In this document: positions 1-10,818 of the stretch, piece after piece
How the letters are laid out: each line of letters starts with the position of its first letter
How positions within the stretch are numbered: the stretch's first letter is position 1
NCBI GenBank assembly: GCA_964016885.1
Contig: OZ024764.1
Coordinates: forward strand, 24,614,001 to 24,678,000
Direction: 5' to 3'
Source: Eledone cirrhosa
Lineage: Eukaryota
DNA length: 64,000 nt
Program-made: the position numbers and the translations under genes
Notes under the pieces: model-generated
Database searches by the model: none
The model's input: only the letters and a program-made list of their open reading frames with translations
Told to the model about the DNA's origin: nothing

Positions 1-335
1 GTGGGGGTGTAGTGGTAGTGGTGTTGGGGCGGTTGGGCGAGTGGTGTCGGTGGGGGCTATGGTGGTGTTGGGGGTGGAGGCAGTGGTGGGGGTGTAGTGG
101 TAGTGGTGTTGGGGTGGTGATCCGGGGGGGTAGTGGTGTTGGGGCGGTTGGGGGAGTAGTGTTAGTGGTGGGGGTGATCCGGGCGGTAGCGGTGTTGGGG
201 TGGTTCGGGGAGTAGTGTTAGTGGTGTTGGTGGGGGTATGGTGGAGTTGGGGTGGTAGTGGTGGTGGTGGTGTTGGAGGGGGTGAAGGCAGTGGTGGGGG
301 TGTAGTGGTGTTGGTGGTGGTGTTGGTGGTGTTGT
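1..335. repeat. G/T-rich low-complexity (GGT/GTG) repeat
   Basis: Degenerate gtagtggtgttgggg units seen directly. Confidence 0.9.
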
Positions 336-621
336 CACCTCCCTGTCTGAACACCCCATATTTCACCCACATCCCTACCCCCACCCCTCACCAGATAAGT
401 TCCCCATGCACCTTCTCCACTCCAGTCCACACTGTAAATGAGGTTGGCGTTAGGAAGGGCATCCAGCCGTAGAAACTGAACCCAAATCACTTCTGTATGA
501 GCAACATACGGTCCCCGGATCTGGCTTGTCTGAGAATGGAACAACTTGTCTAACCCATGCCAGCATGGAAATATGGATGTTAAACAGTGATGATGATGAT
601 GATATATAACATATATATATA

Positions 622-960
622 TGGCTTAGTGGTTAGAGCATTGGCCTTGCAATCGAAAGGTTGTGAGTTCAATTCTCAGACCGGGTGATGTGTTGAGTCC
701 TTGAGCAAGACACTTTATTTCACGTTGCTCCAGTTTACTCAGCTGTAGAAATGAGATGATAGGGACTGGGGTCCCTATCATTCCACTGCAAAGTGGTCGT
801 GGAGGTGCCACGCAAAAAAAGCACCCAGCACCCACTGTAAATTAGGTTGGTGTTAGGAAGGGCATCCAGCTGTAGAAATCAAGCCAGAATCAGTTCCCGT
901 CCCACCCTTGCAAGCAGGGTAAAGCGGACGTAAAATGAAATGAAAAAAATGAAAAATGAT
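622..960 (+). mobile_element. tRNA-derived SINE family A (RTE-related tail)
   Basis: A-box TGGCTTAGTGG and B-box GAGTTCAATTC, body ccttgagcaagacacttta, RTE-like tail. Near-identical copies elsewhere in the window. Confidence 0.85.
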
Positions 961-1009
961 ATATATACAATATATTAATACATAGAAACTATATTTATAA
1001 AACCATAAT

Positions 1010-1073
1010 TATTTTATTATATATATTTCAAGGGCAACCAAGGCAACTTGGTGCGCTTTCATCAGATAAAATA
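1010..1073 (-). ncRNA. Type I hammerhead ribozyme motif
   Basis: Minus strand reads UAUUUUAU-CUGAUGA-stem II (AAG.GCACCAAG/CUUGGUUGC.CUU)-GAAA-UAUAUAUA-AUAAAAUA. Confidence 0.75.
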
Positions 1074-1153
1074 CAAAATTTGTTTTATAAATAGTGACAT
1101 AACCATGGAAAACCACCTTGACGGTTATGTCACTATTTATAAAACCGATTTTG

Positions 1154-1215
1154 TATTTTATCTGATGAAAGCGCACCAAGATTGCCTTGGTTGCCCTTGA
1201 AATATATATAAAATA
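1154..1215 (+). ncRNA. Type I hammerhead ribozyme motif
   Basis: CTGATGA at 1162-1168, stem II hairpin, GAAA at 1199-1202, palindromic AU stem III, stem I tattt/aaata. Confidence 0.75.
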
Positions 1216-1473
1216 ATTATGGTTTTATAAATATAGTTTCCATTTATTAATATATTGAATATTTACTCCACTATTCAGTTGAGTGCTCTATATCAGTTAT
1301 AAACTTTTAAGTTTGTTGGAATCCCAACAAATTAAATATAACTTCTGCATATATATATATATATATATATATATAGATACACACACACACATATATATAA
1401 ATATATATGCGTATATATATTTTCCAATCTAACCCCAGCCGTCCAACCGTCACTTTTTCTAATTTCTCGTTCA

Positions 1474-1511
1474 GTCTTCTGATGAAGGACTAGTGTCCGA
1501 AACGTTAAGAC
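1474..1511 (+). ncRNA. Minimal type I hammerhead ribozyme motif, in a ~180-bp repeat also present at 39285-39460
   Basis: gtct-t-CTGATGA-a-GGAC tagt GTCC-GAAAC-GTTA-agac, with the palindrome AACGTT typical of minimal Penelope hammerheads. Confidence 0.8.
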
Positions 1512-1599
1512 CCTCTTCCTGCTATTTTAAGCGTTAACCTAATATATCCCTTCCATATACTGTACTGATTGTGTTGCTATTTCTGTTTACCTTTTACAT

Positions 1600-2345
1600 A
1601 TCATCATCATCATCACCGTTTTACGTCCGTTCTTCCACGCTAGCATGGGTTAGACGGGTTGTCCTGCTGTGGGCAGTGTCTGGTCGGCTGACCATGCCTT
1701 GCTCATACAGGAACTGATTTGGCTTGATTTCTACAGCTAGATGCCCTTCCTAACACCAACCTCATTTACAGTGAGTGCTGGGTGCTTTTCCGTGGCGCCT
1801 ACACGTCCACTTTACAGTGTGGGCTGGGTGCTTTTTTTGCCGTGGCACCTCCACGACCACCTTGCGGTGGGGGGTGTGGGGGCATATTGTCTATATGCTT
1901 CAGCTTGTACCCATGGGAGGTCGGGTACTCTGTATTACTGCGTGACGCCAGAGGTCACGGTCGTGTGTCATTGCCTTTGAGAGGTGTAATTGGGTAAGAT
2001 CGGCTTTTATCACCTCATCCCAGGTCATCTTGGGTCTCCCCACTCCGCGGTTTCTATCGACTTCTAGTGCTCTGCACCTTTTTATGCAGCTGTCATCCTT
2101 CATACGCATCACATCTCCATACCAATGCAACCGCCTCTCCTGCACACAGCATTTGATTCCTCTTATGCTCAGTCTCTCTCTCAATTCATTTATGCTTTGT
2201 CGTTCGCGTATATTACTGTTACACATCCATCGGAGCATGCAGGCTTCGTTTCTCTCTAATCTACGTAAGTCTTCCACCTTCAGCGCCCAGGTCTCTCTAC
2301 CATGTAACATTGCTGTTCGGATACACGCATCATACAGTCTGCCTT
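1600..2345 (-). mobile_element. RTE LINE, 5'-truncated 3' end (subfamily shared with 54563-55120)
   Basis: ORF 1900-2310 (MLHGRETW...RLHWYGDVMRM...GRPKMTW), 3' UTR and (GAT)n tail. The truncated end abuts (TA)n. Confidence 0.9.
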
Positions 2346-2357
2346 ATATATATATAT

Positions 2358-4525
2358 AACGATGATGGCATACTTGCCATCACCGACACTGATAAGAAGG
2401 TAGCTTGGAAGTGTCACTATGAAAGGCTACTAAATGAGGAGAATAAATGGGAGAAAGACAGTCTCCCCCTTATCGACCCGATAGAGGGACCAGCAGTGTT
2501 AGTCGAGGGGAGTATAATAAGTAAGGCAATCAAGGATATGAAGACTGGTAAGGCGGCTGGGCCTTCGGAAATAGTTGCTGAGATGCTGAAGGCATCTGGC
2601 ACGGTGGGACACACCATGGTCACCCGCATAGTTAACCAAGTCGTACAGAATGGGGTTGTTCCGAAGGACTGGCATAGCAGCATCATCGTTAACTGTTATA
2701 AGGGTAAAGGAGACGCCCTAGATAGGAGTAACTATAGAGGCATTAAATTAATCGACCAGGTCATGAAGGTCACGGAAAAAGTAATAGCGCAACTAATCAG
2801 AGAGAGAATTGATCTAGATGAAATGCAGTTCGGGTTTGTGTCAGGCAAAAGCACCACAGACGCTCTTTTCATAGTACGACAACTACAGGAGAAGTACCTA
2901 GCTAAAGGTAAACCCCTCTACTTAGCTTTTGTCGACCTGGAGAAAGCCTTCGACAGAGTCCCCCGCTCCATTATCTGGTGGGCTCTTAGAAAACTAGGCG
3001 TTGACGAATGGCTTGTGAGGGCTATACAAGCCATGTATAAAGAAACAGTCAGCAAGGTTAGAATTAACAACGAATATAGTGAAGAGTTTAGCGTAAAAGT
3101 TGGCGTCCATCAGGGCTCTGTTCTCAGCCCCCTACTATTTATTATTGCCCTTCAGGCTATAACAGAGGAGTTCAAGACAGGCTGCCCATGGGAACTCCTA
3201 TACGCAGACGACCTGACACTCATAGCGGAATCAATGGCCGAGCTAGAGAAGAAATTCCAAACATGGAAGCACGGCCTAGAGTCAAAAGGACTTAAAATTA
3301 ACCTGGCTAAGACCAAAGTTCTAGTTTGTAGGAAAGAAAACAAGGCGGCGGTCCCTTCTGGGAAATGGTCGTGCTCGGTATGTAGGAAAGGCGTAGGTAG
3401 AAACTCCATCTTATGTCCTAAATGCAAAGTATGGGTGCATAAAAGATGTAGTGGGATCACAGGTAAGCTAACTAAGAACATAGACTTTACATGTGGCCGG
3501 TGTTCTGGTGCAATAAGTAGCAGCAAGTGCCCACAAAATACTAGCTCTTTCAATTGCGCAGAGGGTTCTATAGAAATAGTGGACAGCTTCCGTTACCTGG
3601 GCGATAAAATCAGCAGTGGGGGAGGGTGCTCTGAAAGTACTGTAGCTAGAGTCAGAACTGGTTGGAAAAAGTTCAGAGAGCTTATACCACTATTAGCTGC
3701 TAAAGGGTTCTCCCTAAAAATGAAAGGCAGGTTGTACGATGCCTGCATACGAACAGCAATGTTGCATGGTAGTGAGACCTGGGCATTGTGTGCAGAGGAT
3801 ATACGCAGACTAGAGAGGAACGAAGCTTGCATGCTCCGCTGGATGTGTAACAGTAATATACGTGAACGGCAAAGCATAAACGAACTAAGGAAAAAATTAG
3901 AGATAAGAGGGATCAGATGTTGTTTACTCGAGAGAAGGCTGCGTTGGTATGGACACGTGATGCGCATGAAAGTCGATAGCTGTATTACAAAGTGCAGGGC
4001 AATAAAGATAGACGGTAGCCACGGAATAGGCAGACCTAGAAAAACATGGGATGAGCTGATAAACTCCGACCTCACACACTTACACCTCTCCAAGACAATG
4101 TCACTGGACCGTGACCTTTGGCGGTACTCAGTAACAGAGAAGACCCGCCTTGCCAGTAGGCATATCTAACAAAATACACCCCTCCCGCCGCCACCCCCAC
4201 CCCATCCACACCACCCCGTTCTATGTAAAGTTATGTTGGTGCCGCGCCATCCAGGCCGAAACAAATGAGATCGTGTAGGTGTCACGACAAAAAAACACAC
4301 AGTCCACGCTGTAATGTGGCCGTGTAGGCAACACGGTAAAAACCTCCCAGACCCACACTGTAAATGTGGTTGGTGTTAGGAAGGGCATCCAACTGTAGAA
4401 AACCTGCCAGACAGTCCTATGCGAGCAAGACAATCACTCTTGCCTCAAGTGGGACTACCCCCGTCCAAACCCATGCAAGCGTGGAACACGGACGTTAAAC
4501 GTTGATGATGATGATGATGATGATA
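2358..4525 (+). mobile_element. RTE LINE, 5'-truncated, with intact RT, PHD-like finger and C-terminal domain
   Basis: NYRGIKL, QFGF, FVDLEKAFDRV, GVHQGSVLSP, LLYADD, RLRWYGHVMR, GRPRKTW motifs; (GAT)n tail; (TA)n on both sides. Confidence 0.95.
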
Positions 4526-4715
4526 TATATATATATATATATGTGTGCGAACCACCACTACCACCCCAACACCATATATATATATATATAAACAAGAGGT
4601 ATAAGTCAACATTTCATAATTTACTTCTTTCTTTACCGTTATATATATTTACTTTTCTCTGATATTATTTTTTCTCTAAGAAAAATTTTGTTTTTTTATG
4701 TTTTCTATGTGTTGC

Positions 4716-5933
4716 TTGTAACTGTCTGAAGAGGTCATAGCTGTTGAGTTGTGGCTATCACGTCTTGTAACTGTCTGAAGAGGTCATAGCTGTTATAGCT
4801 ATCACCTCTTGTAACTGTCTGAAGAGGTCATAGCTGTTGTGGCTATCACCTCTTGTAACTGTCTGAAGAGGTCATAGCTGTTGTGGCTATCACCTCTTGT
4901 ACCTGTCTGAAGAGGTCATAGCTGTTGTGGCTATCACCTCTTGTAACTGTCTGAGGTGGTCATAGCTGTTGAATTGTGGTTATCACCTCTTGTAACTGTC
5001 TGAGGAGGTCATAGCTGTTGTAACTGTCTGAAGAGGTCATAGCTGTTGTGGCTATCACCTCTTGTAACTGTCTGAAGAGGTCATAGCTGTTGTGGCTATC
5101 ATCTCTTGTAACTGTCTGAAGAGGTCATAGCTGTTGTGGCTATCACCTCTTGTAACTGTCTGAAGAGGTCATAGCTGTTGTGGCTATCACCTCTTGTACC
5201 TGTCTGAAGAGGTCATAGCTGTTGTGGCTATCACCTCTTGTAACTGTCTGAGGAGGTCATAGCTGTTGAATTGTGGCTATCACCTCTTGTAACTGTCTGA
5301 GGAGGTCATAGCTGTTGTAACTGTCTGAAGAGGTCATAGCTGTTGTGGCTATCACCTCTTGTAACTGTCTGAAGAGGTCATAGCTGTTGTGGCTATCACC
5401 TCTTGTACCTGTCTGAGGAGGTCATAGCTGTTGTGGCTATCACCTCTTGTAACTGTCTGAAGAGGTCATAGCTGTTGTGGCTATCACCTGTTGTAACTGT
5501 CTGAGGAGGTCATAGCTGTTGTGGCTATCACCTCTTGTACCTGTCTGATGAGGTCATAGCTGTTGTAGCTATCACCTCTTGTAACTGTCTGAAGAGGTCA
5601 TAGCTGTTGTGGCTATCACCTCTTGTAACTGTCTGAAGAGGTCATAGCTGTTGTGGCTATCACCTCTTATACCTGTCTGATGAGGTCATAGCTGTTGTGG
5701 CTTTCACCTGTTGTAACTGTCTGAGGAGGTCATAGCTGTTGTGGCTATCACCTCTTGTACCTGTCTGATGAGGTCATAGCTGTTGTAGCTATCACCTCTT
5801 GTAACTGTCTGAAGAGGTCATAGCTGTTGTGGCTATCACCTCTTGTAACTGTCTGAAGAGGTCATAGCTGTTGTGGCTATCACCTCTTATACCTGTCTGA
5901 TGAGGTCATAGCTGTTGAATTGTGGCTATCACT
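4716..5933 (+). repeat. 44-bp hairpin minisatellite, ~28 copies (5' half of a hammerhead)
   Basis: Unit ttgtaactgtCTGAAGAggtcatagctgttgtggctatcacctc; period 4811 to 4855. Confidence 0.95.
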
Positions 5934-5949
5934 GAAATATAGATAACAG
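5893..5949 (+). ncRNA. Type I hammerhead ribozyme motif completing the 44-bp array
   Basis: ctgt-CTGATGA-ggtcatagc...gctatcact-GAAA-tatagata-acag, with stem I ctgt/acag. Confidence 0.65.
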
Positions 5950-6008
5950 TAATGAAAGAAGTAAATTATGAAATGTTGACTTATATCTCTTGTTTATAAA
6001 TTTAGTCT

Positions 6009-7660
6009 GGAGTTAACAGACCCTCTTGAGGACTTCGTTGAGTGCTCTACCCAGCAACTGGAGTGTTGGTGTTAAACAGACCCTGTTGAGGACTTTGTTG
6101 AGTGCTCTACCAAGCAACTGGAGTGTTGGTGTTAAACAGACCCTCTTGAGGACTTTGTTGAGTGCTCTACCCAGCATACTGGAGTGTTGGTGTTAAACAG
6201 ACCCTCTTGAGGACTTTGTTGAGTGCTCTACCCAGCATACTGGAGTGTTGGTGTTAAACAGACCCTCTTGAGGACTTTGTTGAGTGCTCTACCCAGCATA
6301 CTGGAGTGTTGGTGTTAAACAGACCCTCTTGAGGACTTTGTTGAGTGCTCTACCCAGCATACTGGAGTGTTGGTGTTAAACAGACCCTCTTGAGGACTTC
6401 GTTGAGTGCTCTACCCAGCATACTGGAGTGTTGGTGTTAAACAGACCCTGTTGAGGACTTTGTTGAGTGCTCTACCCAGCATACTGGAGTGTTGGTGTTA
6501 AACAGACCCTGTTGAGGACTTCGTTGAGTGCTCTACCCAGCATACTGGAGTGTTGGTGTTAAACAGACCCTGTTGAGGACTTCGTTGAGTGCTCTACCCA
6601 GCATACTGGAGTGTTGGTGTTAAACAGACCCTCTTGAGGACTTTGTTGAGTGCTCTACCCAGCATACTGGAGTGTTGGTGTTAAACAGACCCTCTTGAGG
6701 ACTTTGTTGAGTGCTCTACCCAGCATACTGGAGTGTTGGTGTTAAACAGACCCTCTTGAGGACTTTGTTGAGTGCTCTACCCAGCATACTGGAGTGTTGG
6801 TGTTAAACAGACCCTGTTGAGGACTTTGTTGAGTGCTCTACCCAGCATACTGGAGTGTTGGTGTTAAACAGACCCTGTTGAGGACTTCGTTGAGTGCTCT
6901 ACCCAGCATACTGGAGTGTTGGTGTTAAACAGACCCTGTTGAGGACTTCGTTGAGTGCTCTACCCAGCATACTGGAGTGTTGGTGTTAAACAGACCCTGT
7001 TGAGGACTTCGTTGAGTGCTCTACCCAGCATACTGGAGTGTTGGTGTTAAACAGACCCTGTTGAGGACTTCGTTGAGTGCTCTACCCAGCGTACTGGAGT
7101 GTTGGTGTTAAACAGACCCTGTTGAGGACTTTGTTGAGTGCTCTACCCAGCATACTGGAGTGTTGGTGTTAAACAGACCCTGTTGAGGACTTCGTTGAGT
7201 GCTCTACCCAGCATACTGGAGTGTTGGTGTTAAACAGACCCTGTTGAGGACTTCGTTGAGTGCTCTACCCAGCATACTGGAGTGTTGGTGTTAAACAGAC
7301 CCTCTTGAGGACTTGGTTGAGTGCTCTACCCAGCATACTGGAGTGTTGGTGTTAAACAGACCCTCTTGAGGACTTCGTTGAGTGCTCTACCCAGCATACT
7401 GGAGTGTTGGTGTTAAACAGACCCTCTTGAGGACTTCGTTGAGTGCTCTACCCAGCGTACTGGAGTGTTGGTGTTAAACAGACCCTGTTGAGGACTTCGT
7501 TGAGTGCTCTACCCAGCATACTGGAGTGTTGGTGTTAAACAGACCCTCTTGAGGACTTCGTTGAGTGCTCTACCCAGCAACTGGAGTGTTGGTGTTAAAC
7601 AGACCCTCTTGAGGACTTCGTTGAGTGCTCTACCCAGCATACTGGAGTGTTGGTGTTAAA
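6009..7660 (+). repeat. 60/61-bp minisatellite, ~27 copies
   Basis: Unit ctggagtgttggtgttaaacagaccctcttgaggactttgttgagtgctctacccagcata. Confidence 0.95.
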
Positions 7661-7771
7661 CTAACACATAATCTTATTAATTAGATAGGTCAGCCAGTTT
7701 CAGATATACGAGCGATTAATGGCCGGCTTTGCCATAGTCAAATAACTAAATAGTTTTATCGCTCCACATAT

Positions 7772-7890
7772 ATATTATATTTTGTTTATTTCAGTGACTC
7801 CCATGTTGAAATGGAGGGCCCAGGTGTGGCACAGTGTTGTCTTGACTCCCATGTTGAAATGGAGGGCCCAGGTGTGGCACAGTGTTGTCT
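7772..7890 (+). pseudogene. Decayed duplicate of the exon A acceptor and 5' end, with a 48-bp tandem duplication
   Basis: atattatattttgtttatttcagtgactccc versus the real atattatattttgtctgtttcagtgactccc (9121-9151). The atgga.ggcc and tgtggcacagt blocks are also shared. Confidence 0.6.
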
Positions 7891-8453
7891 ATATATAATA
7901 TAAAAGAAAGGTGTTTATTGCTTGGTTGAATCCCATGAAAATAACACACATACATCTAAAGAGAGAGAGAGGCAGAAAGAGAGAGATAGGCAGTTATACA
8001 GAGAGAGATACTAAAGTGTTAGATATTCAGAGAGAGTAACGTCCCACAAAAGTCTAGAAACAGCTTAAACTATAGATCCTTTGATCTATGGGAAGGTTTA
8101 ACAATATTGTGTTAGCTTTTATAAAGTAGTTTTACAGTCTTTCATTTGACAGAACAAAGAAAAACTGATTCTATTTGAAATGAATCAACCCTCCAGCTTT
8201 TATCCACATATTACCAAAAACTAACCAAGGAACCAATATTTTGACACCTTTATCAATATATTTCTGTAATAATGATTTCTACTATAGATACAGGGCCAAC
8301 AATTTGAAGGGGAGGGGAAAGTTGATTAAATCGAGCCCACTGTATTTTTTTTTGTCTCTCTCTCACATTACGGTCTCACCTCATACCAGACAACACAAAT
8401 ACAGTCGTTTTTCTCTCAACTGTTCTCTGGGAGAAGCCGGGTACTTCAGCTAG
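7888..8453 (+). mobile_element. Non-autonomous Helitron-like element
   Basis: Starts TCTATATATAATATAAAAG and ends with a GC hairpin remnant + CTAG|T (8450-8453). The last ~60 nt match 9060-9115. Confidence 0.5.
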
Positions 8454-8455
8454 TA

Positions 8456-8930
8456 TAAATGTCACTGTGGATCCACCGTGGACTCTTTTGGCCTCCACCC
8501 GCTTTCCTGTCGCTACAGTGTCGGCCGCCTTCCATGCCATACTGCCCTCAACGAGGTCATAAAGCATGGCTTGGATGCTGCAGGCTTCCCCTCCCAGCTC
8601 GAGCCAGTGAGGCTGGACTGAGGGGACAGCAAAAGGCCAGATGGTATGACCATCTTCCCGTTCCGCGGTAACAAACCCCTTGTCCGGGATGCCACTAGGG
8701 CTACCTCCCTACTTACCACCATAGGCGCTGAGCTGGCTACCCTTGGCAGTGGAGACTTCTAGTGTCCTTGGCCCTAGGGCTACCTCCTTATTCACAACCA
8801 TAAGTGCTGAGCTGCCCAGCCACAGGTGTGAACCTTGCAAGATGGAATGGCTCTTCCAGCACATCTCCCTTACCATCTTCCGGGGAAACATCTTCTCCAT
8901 TCTGACCGCCGGGCTGTGGAGCAACCAGCA
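8456..8930 (+). mobile_element. CRE-clade non-LTR retrotransposon 3' fragment (CCHC finger + restriction-like endonuclease), degraded
   Basis: Translation CHCGSTVDSFGLHPLSC...GRLPCHTALNEVI...LEPVRLD*GDSKRPDGMT...LVRDAT, then PLAVETSSVLGP...LFQHISLTIFRGN. Confidence 0.7.
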
Positions 8931-9029
8931 CATGGGACCCCATTTGCTCACCATGCAGAGAGATGGAGAGGGCGAGAGAGATGGAGGCAATGCCACGTTC
9001 AGACCATATCCTTGTGGCTGTCTTTATTA

Positions 9030-9115
9030 TCTATATAGAAAATCTATCAGATATTTTCCAATACAGTTATTTTCTCTTAACTGTTCTCCTGGGCAAAGCC
9101 GGGTACCTCAGCTAG
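9030..9115 (+). mobile_element. 86-bp mini-Helitron (or the terminal part of a compound Helitron)
   Basis: A|TCTATATAGAAAA...cctgggcaaagccggg hairpin...CTAG|T. Confidence 0.55.
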
Positions 9116-9143
9116 TATATATATTATATTTTGTCTGTTTCAG

Positions 9144-9252
9144 TGACTCCCGTGCCGTGATGGATGGCCACAGATCCCGGGTGTTTGTGGCACAGTATCA
9201 TCCTTTCACAAAGAATATCTTTATATCAGGTGGATGGGATGACACTGTACAG
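9144..9252 (+). CDS. WD40-repeat protein, internal exon A (DSRAVMDGHRSRVFVAQYHPFTKNIFISGGWDDTVQ)
   Basis: Polypyrimidine tract + tttcag acceptor and cag|gtgagt donor. GH...SGGWD-TV is a WD40 motif. Ends in phase 0 and joins exon B in frame. Confidence 0.88.
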
Positions 9253-9259
9253 GTGAGTA

Positions 9260-9590
9260 TGTTGTTGTTGTTGTTGTTGTTGTTGTTGCTGTTGCTGTTG
9301 TTGTTGTTGTTGTTGGTGGTGCATTTCTTGTTGTTGTATACCACCACCACCACTACACTACCACCACTACACCACCACCACTACACCACCACTACCACTA
9401 CACCACCACCACCACCACTACACCACCACCACTACCACCACCACCACCACCACACCACCACCACCACCACCACCACCACCACCACCACCACTACACCACC
9501 ACCACCACTACACCACCACCACCACTACACCACCACCACACCACCACCACCACCACTACACCACCACCACACCACCACCACCACCACCAC
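9260..9590. repeat. (TTG)n followed by degenerate (CAC)n microsatellite
   Basis: Seen directly. Confidence 0.95.
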
Positions 9591-9915
9591 GGTTCATCCT
9601 TCCCTCTACTCCCCCCTCAATCTCCTCTGCAACTCCCTTTAAAAGGTTCATCCCTCCCTCTACTCCCCCCTCAATATCCTCTGCAACTCCCTTTAAAAGG
9701 TTCATCCCTCCCTCTCCTCCCCTCTCAATATCCTCTGCAACTCCCTTTAAAAGGTTCATCCCTCCCTCTACTCCCCCCTCAATATCCTCTGCAACTCCCT
9801 TTAAAAGGTTCATCCCTCCCTCTCCTCCCCTCTCAATATCCTCTGCAACTCCCTTTAAAAGGTTCATCCCCCCTCTACTCCCCCCCTCAATCTCCTCTGC
9901 CTCCCTCTACTCCCC
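9591..9915. repeat. 54-bp minisatellite, ~6 copies
   Basis: Unit starts at 9591, 9645, 9699, 9753, 9807 and 9861. Confidence 0.92.
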
Positions 9916-10082
9916 TTTACAGTTTAGAACGACACAAACTTAGAAACCTAAGCAACAAACAGTCCTAACGACCCTCGGACATCCAGTCCTAAGGACACTC
10001 GGACATCAAATATCAACATTTAAAAAGCCGATAGCACTAAATACATGCTGCTCTCTCAACGTTACATTTTACATCAAATAAC

Positions 10083-10258
10083 TGTTTCTACTTTAGGCAC
10101 AAGGCCAGCAATTACCCAGTACATTACTGGTACTTTATTTTATCGACCCCGTAAGAATGAAAGGCAAAGTTAACCTCGGCGGGATTTGAACTCAGATCAT
10201 AAAGGGAGGTAACTCTATGCTTCAAAGCAAGGCGTCCGGCCCTCTACCGATACTGCCA
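10083..10258 (-). mobile_element. tRNA-derived SINE family B with a 14-bp target-site duplication
   Basis: Reverse complement of the 34360-34547 element; TSD ttacatcaaataac at 10069-10082 and 10259-10272. Confidence 0.85.
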
Positions 10259-10313
10259 TTACATCAAATAACAAATATTCAAAAGCAACAGAGGAATTTA
10301 TAAAACAACAAAC

Positions 10314-10710
10314 ATAATTTAACTGCTTTACTCTCTCTGTCGCTCTTCAATCCCTATATGACAACACTGCAGAGAGAGAAACAATGTATAAGATCAAATG
10401 GAATGTTCCGTATATTCCCCCTCTCTATAATTTAACTGCTTTACTCTCTCTGTCGCTCTTCACTCCCTATATAACAACACTGCAGAGAGAGAAACAATGT
10501 ATATGATCAAATGGAGCGTTCCGTATATTCCCCCTCTCTATAATTTAACTGCTTTACTCTCTCTGTCGCTCTTCACTCCCTATATGACAACACTGCAGAG
10601 AGAGAAACAATGTATATGATCAAATGGAGCGTTCCGTATATTCCCTCTCTCTATAAATTACCTGCTTTACTCTCTCTGTCGCTCTTCACTCCCTATATGA
10701 CAACACTGCA
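10314..10710. repeat. 113-bp tandem repeat, ~3.5 copies
   Basis: Unit starts at 10314, 10427, 10540 and ~10653. Confidence 0.92.
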
Positions 10711-10818
10711 TTGGAGCGTTCCGTATTGACATACGGCTTATCTGGGGCATTTTCAATCGGCTTATTGCAAATAACCCCCAAAATAACACTTCATATAACA
10801 GATTAATGCTATACACAT

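Larger units (their letters stand above)
968..1349 (+). mobile_element. Fold-back Penelope-like pseudo-LTR fragment: inverted arms 968-1104 / 1123-1257 plus 3' tail
   Basis: The arms are reverse complements and each carries a hammerhead core. Same family as the pLTR sequence at 20580-20750 and 41675-41880. Confidence 0.75.
4587..7680 (+). mobile_element. Penelope-like pseudo-LTR-derived element containing two tandem arrays
   Basis: 64-bp inverted repeats 4587-4650 / 5935-5998, a hammerhead at 5893-5949, and the TTGAGTGCTCTA tail motif shared with the pLTR tail at 1279-1290. Confidence 0.6.

Noticed and set aside
622-700. tRNA genes at SINE heads
   Set aside because: A/B boxes are present but no complete cloverleaf, and each continues into a SINE body and tail.
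4716-7660. CRISPR-like appearance of hairpin-containing regular repeats (also 45240-47602)
   Set aside because: Units are contiguous with no unique spacers, there are no cas genes, and the context is eukaryotic.
8743-9642. 299-aa ORF as a single gene
   Set aside because: Chance fusion of a CRE fragment, a Helitron end, exon A and microsatellites.
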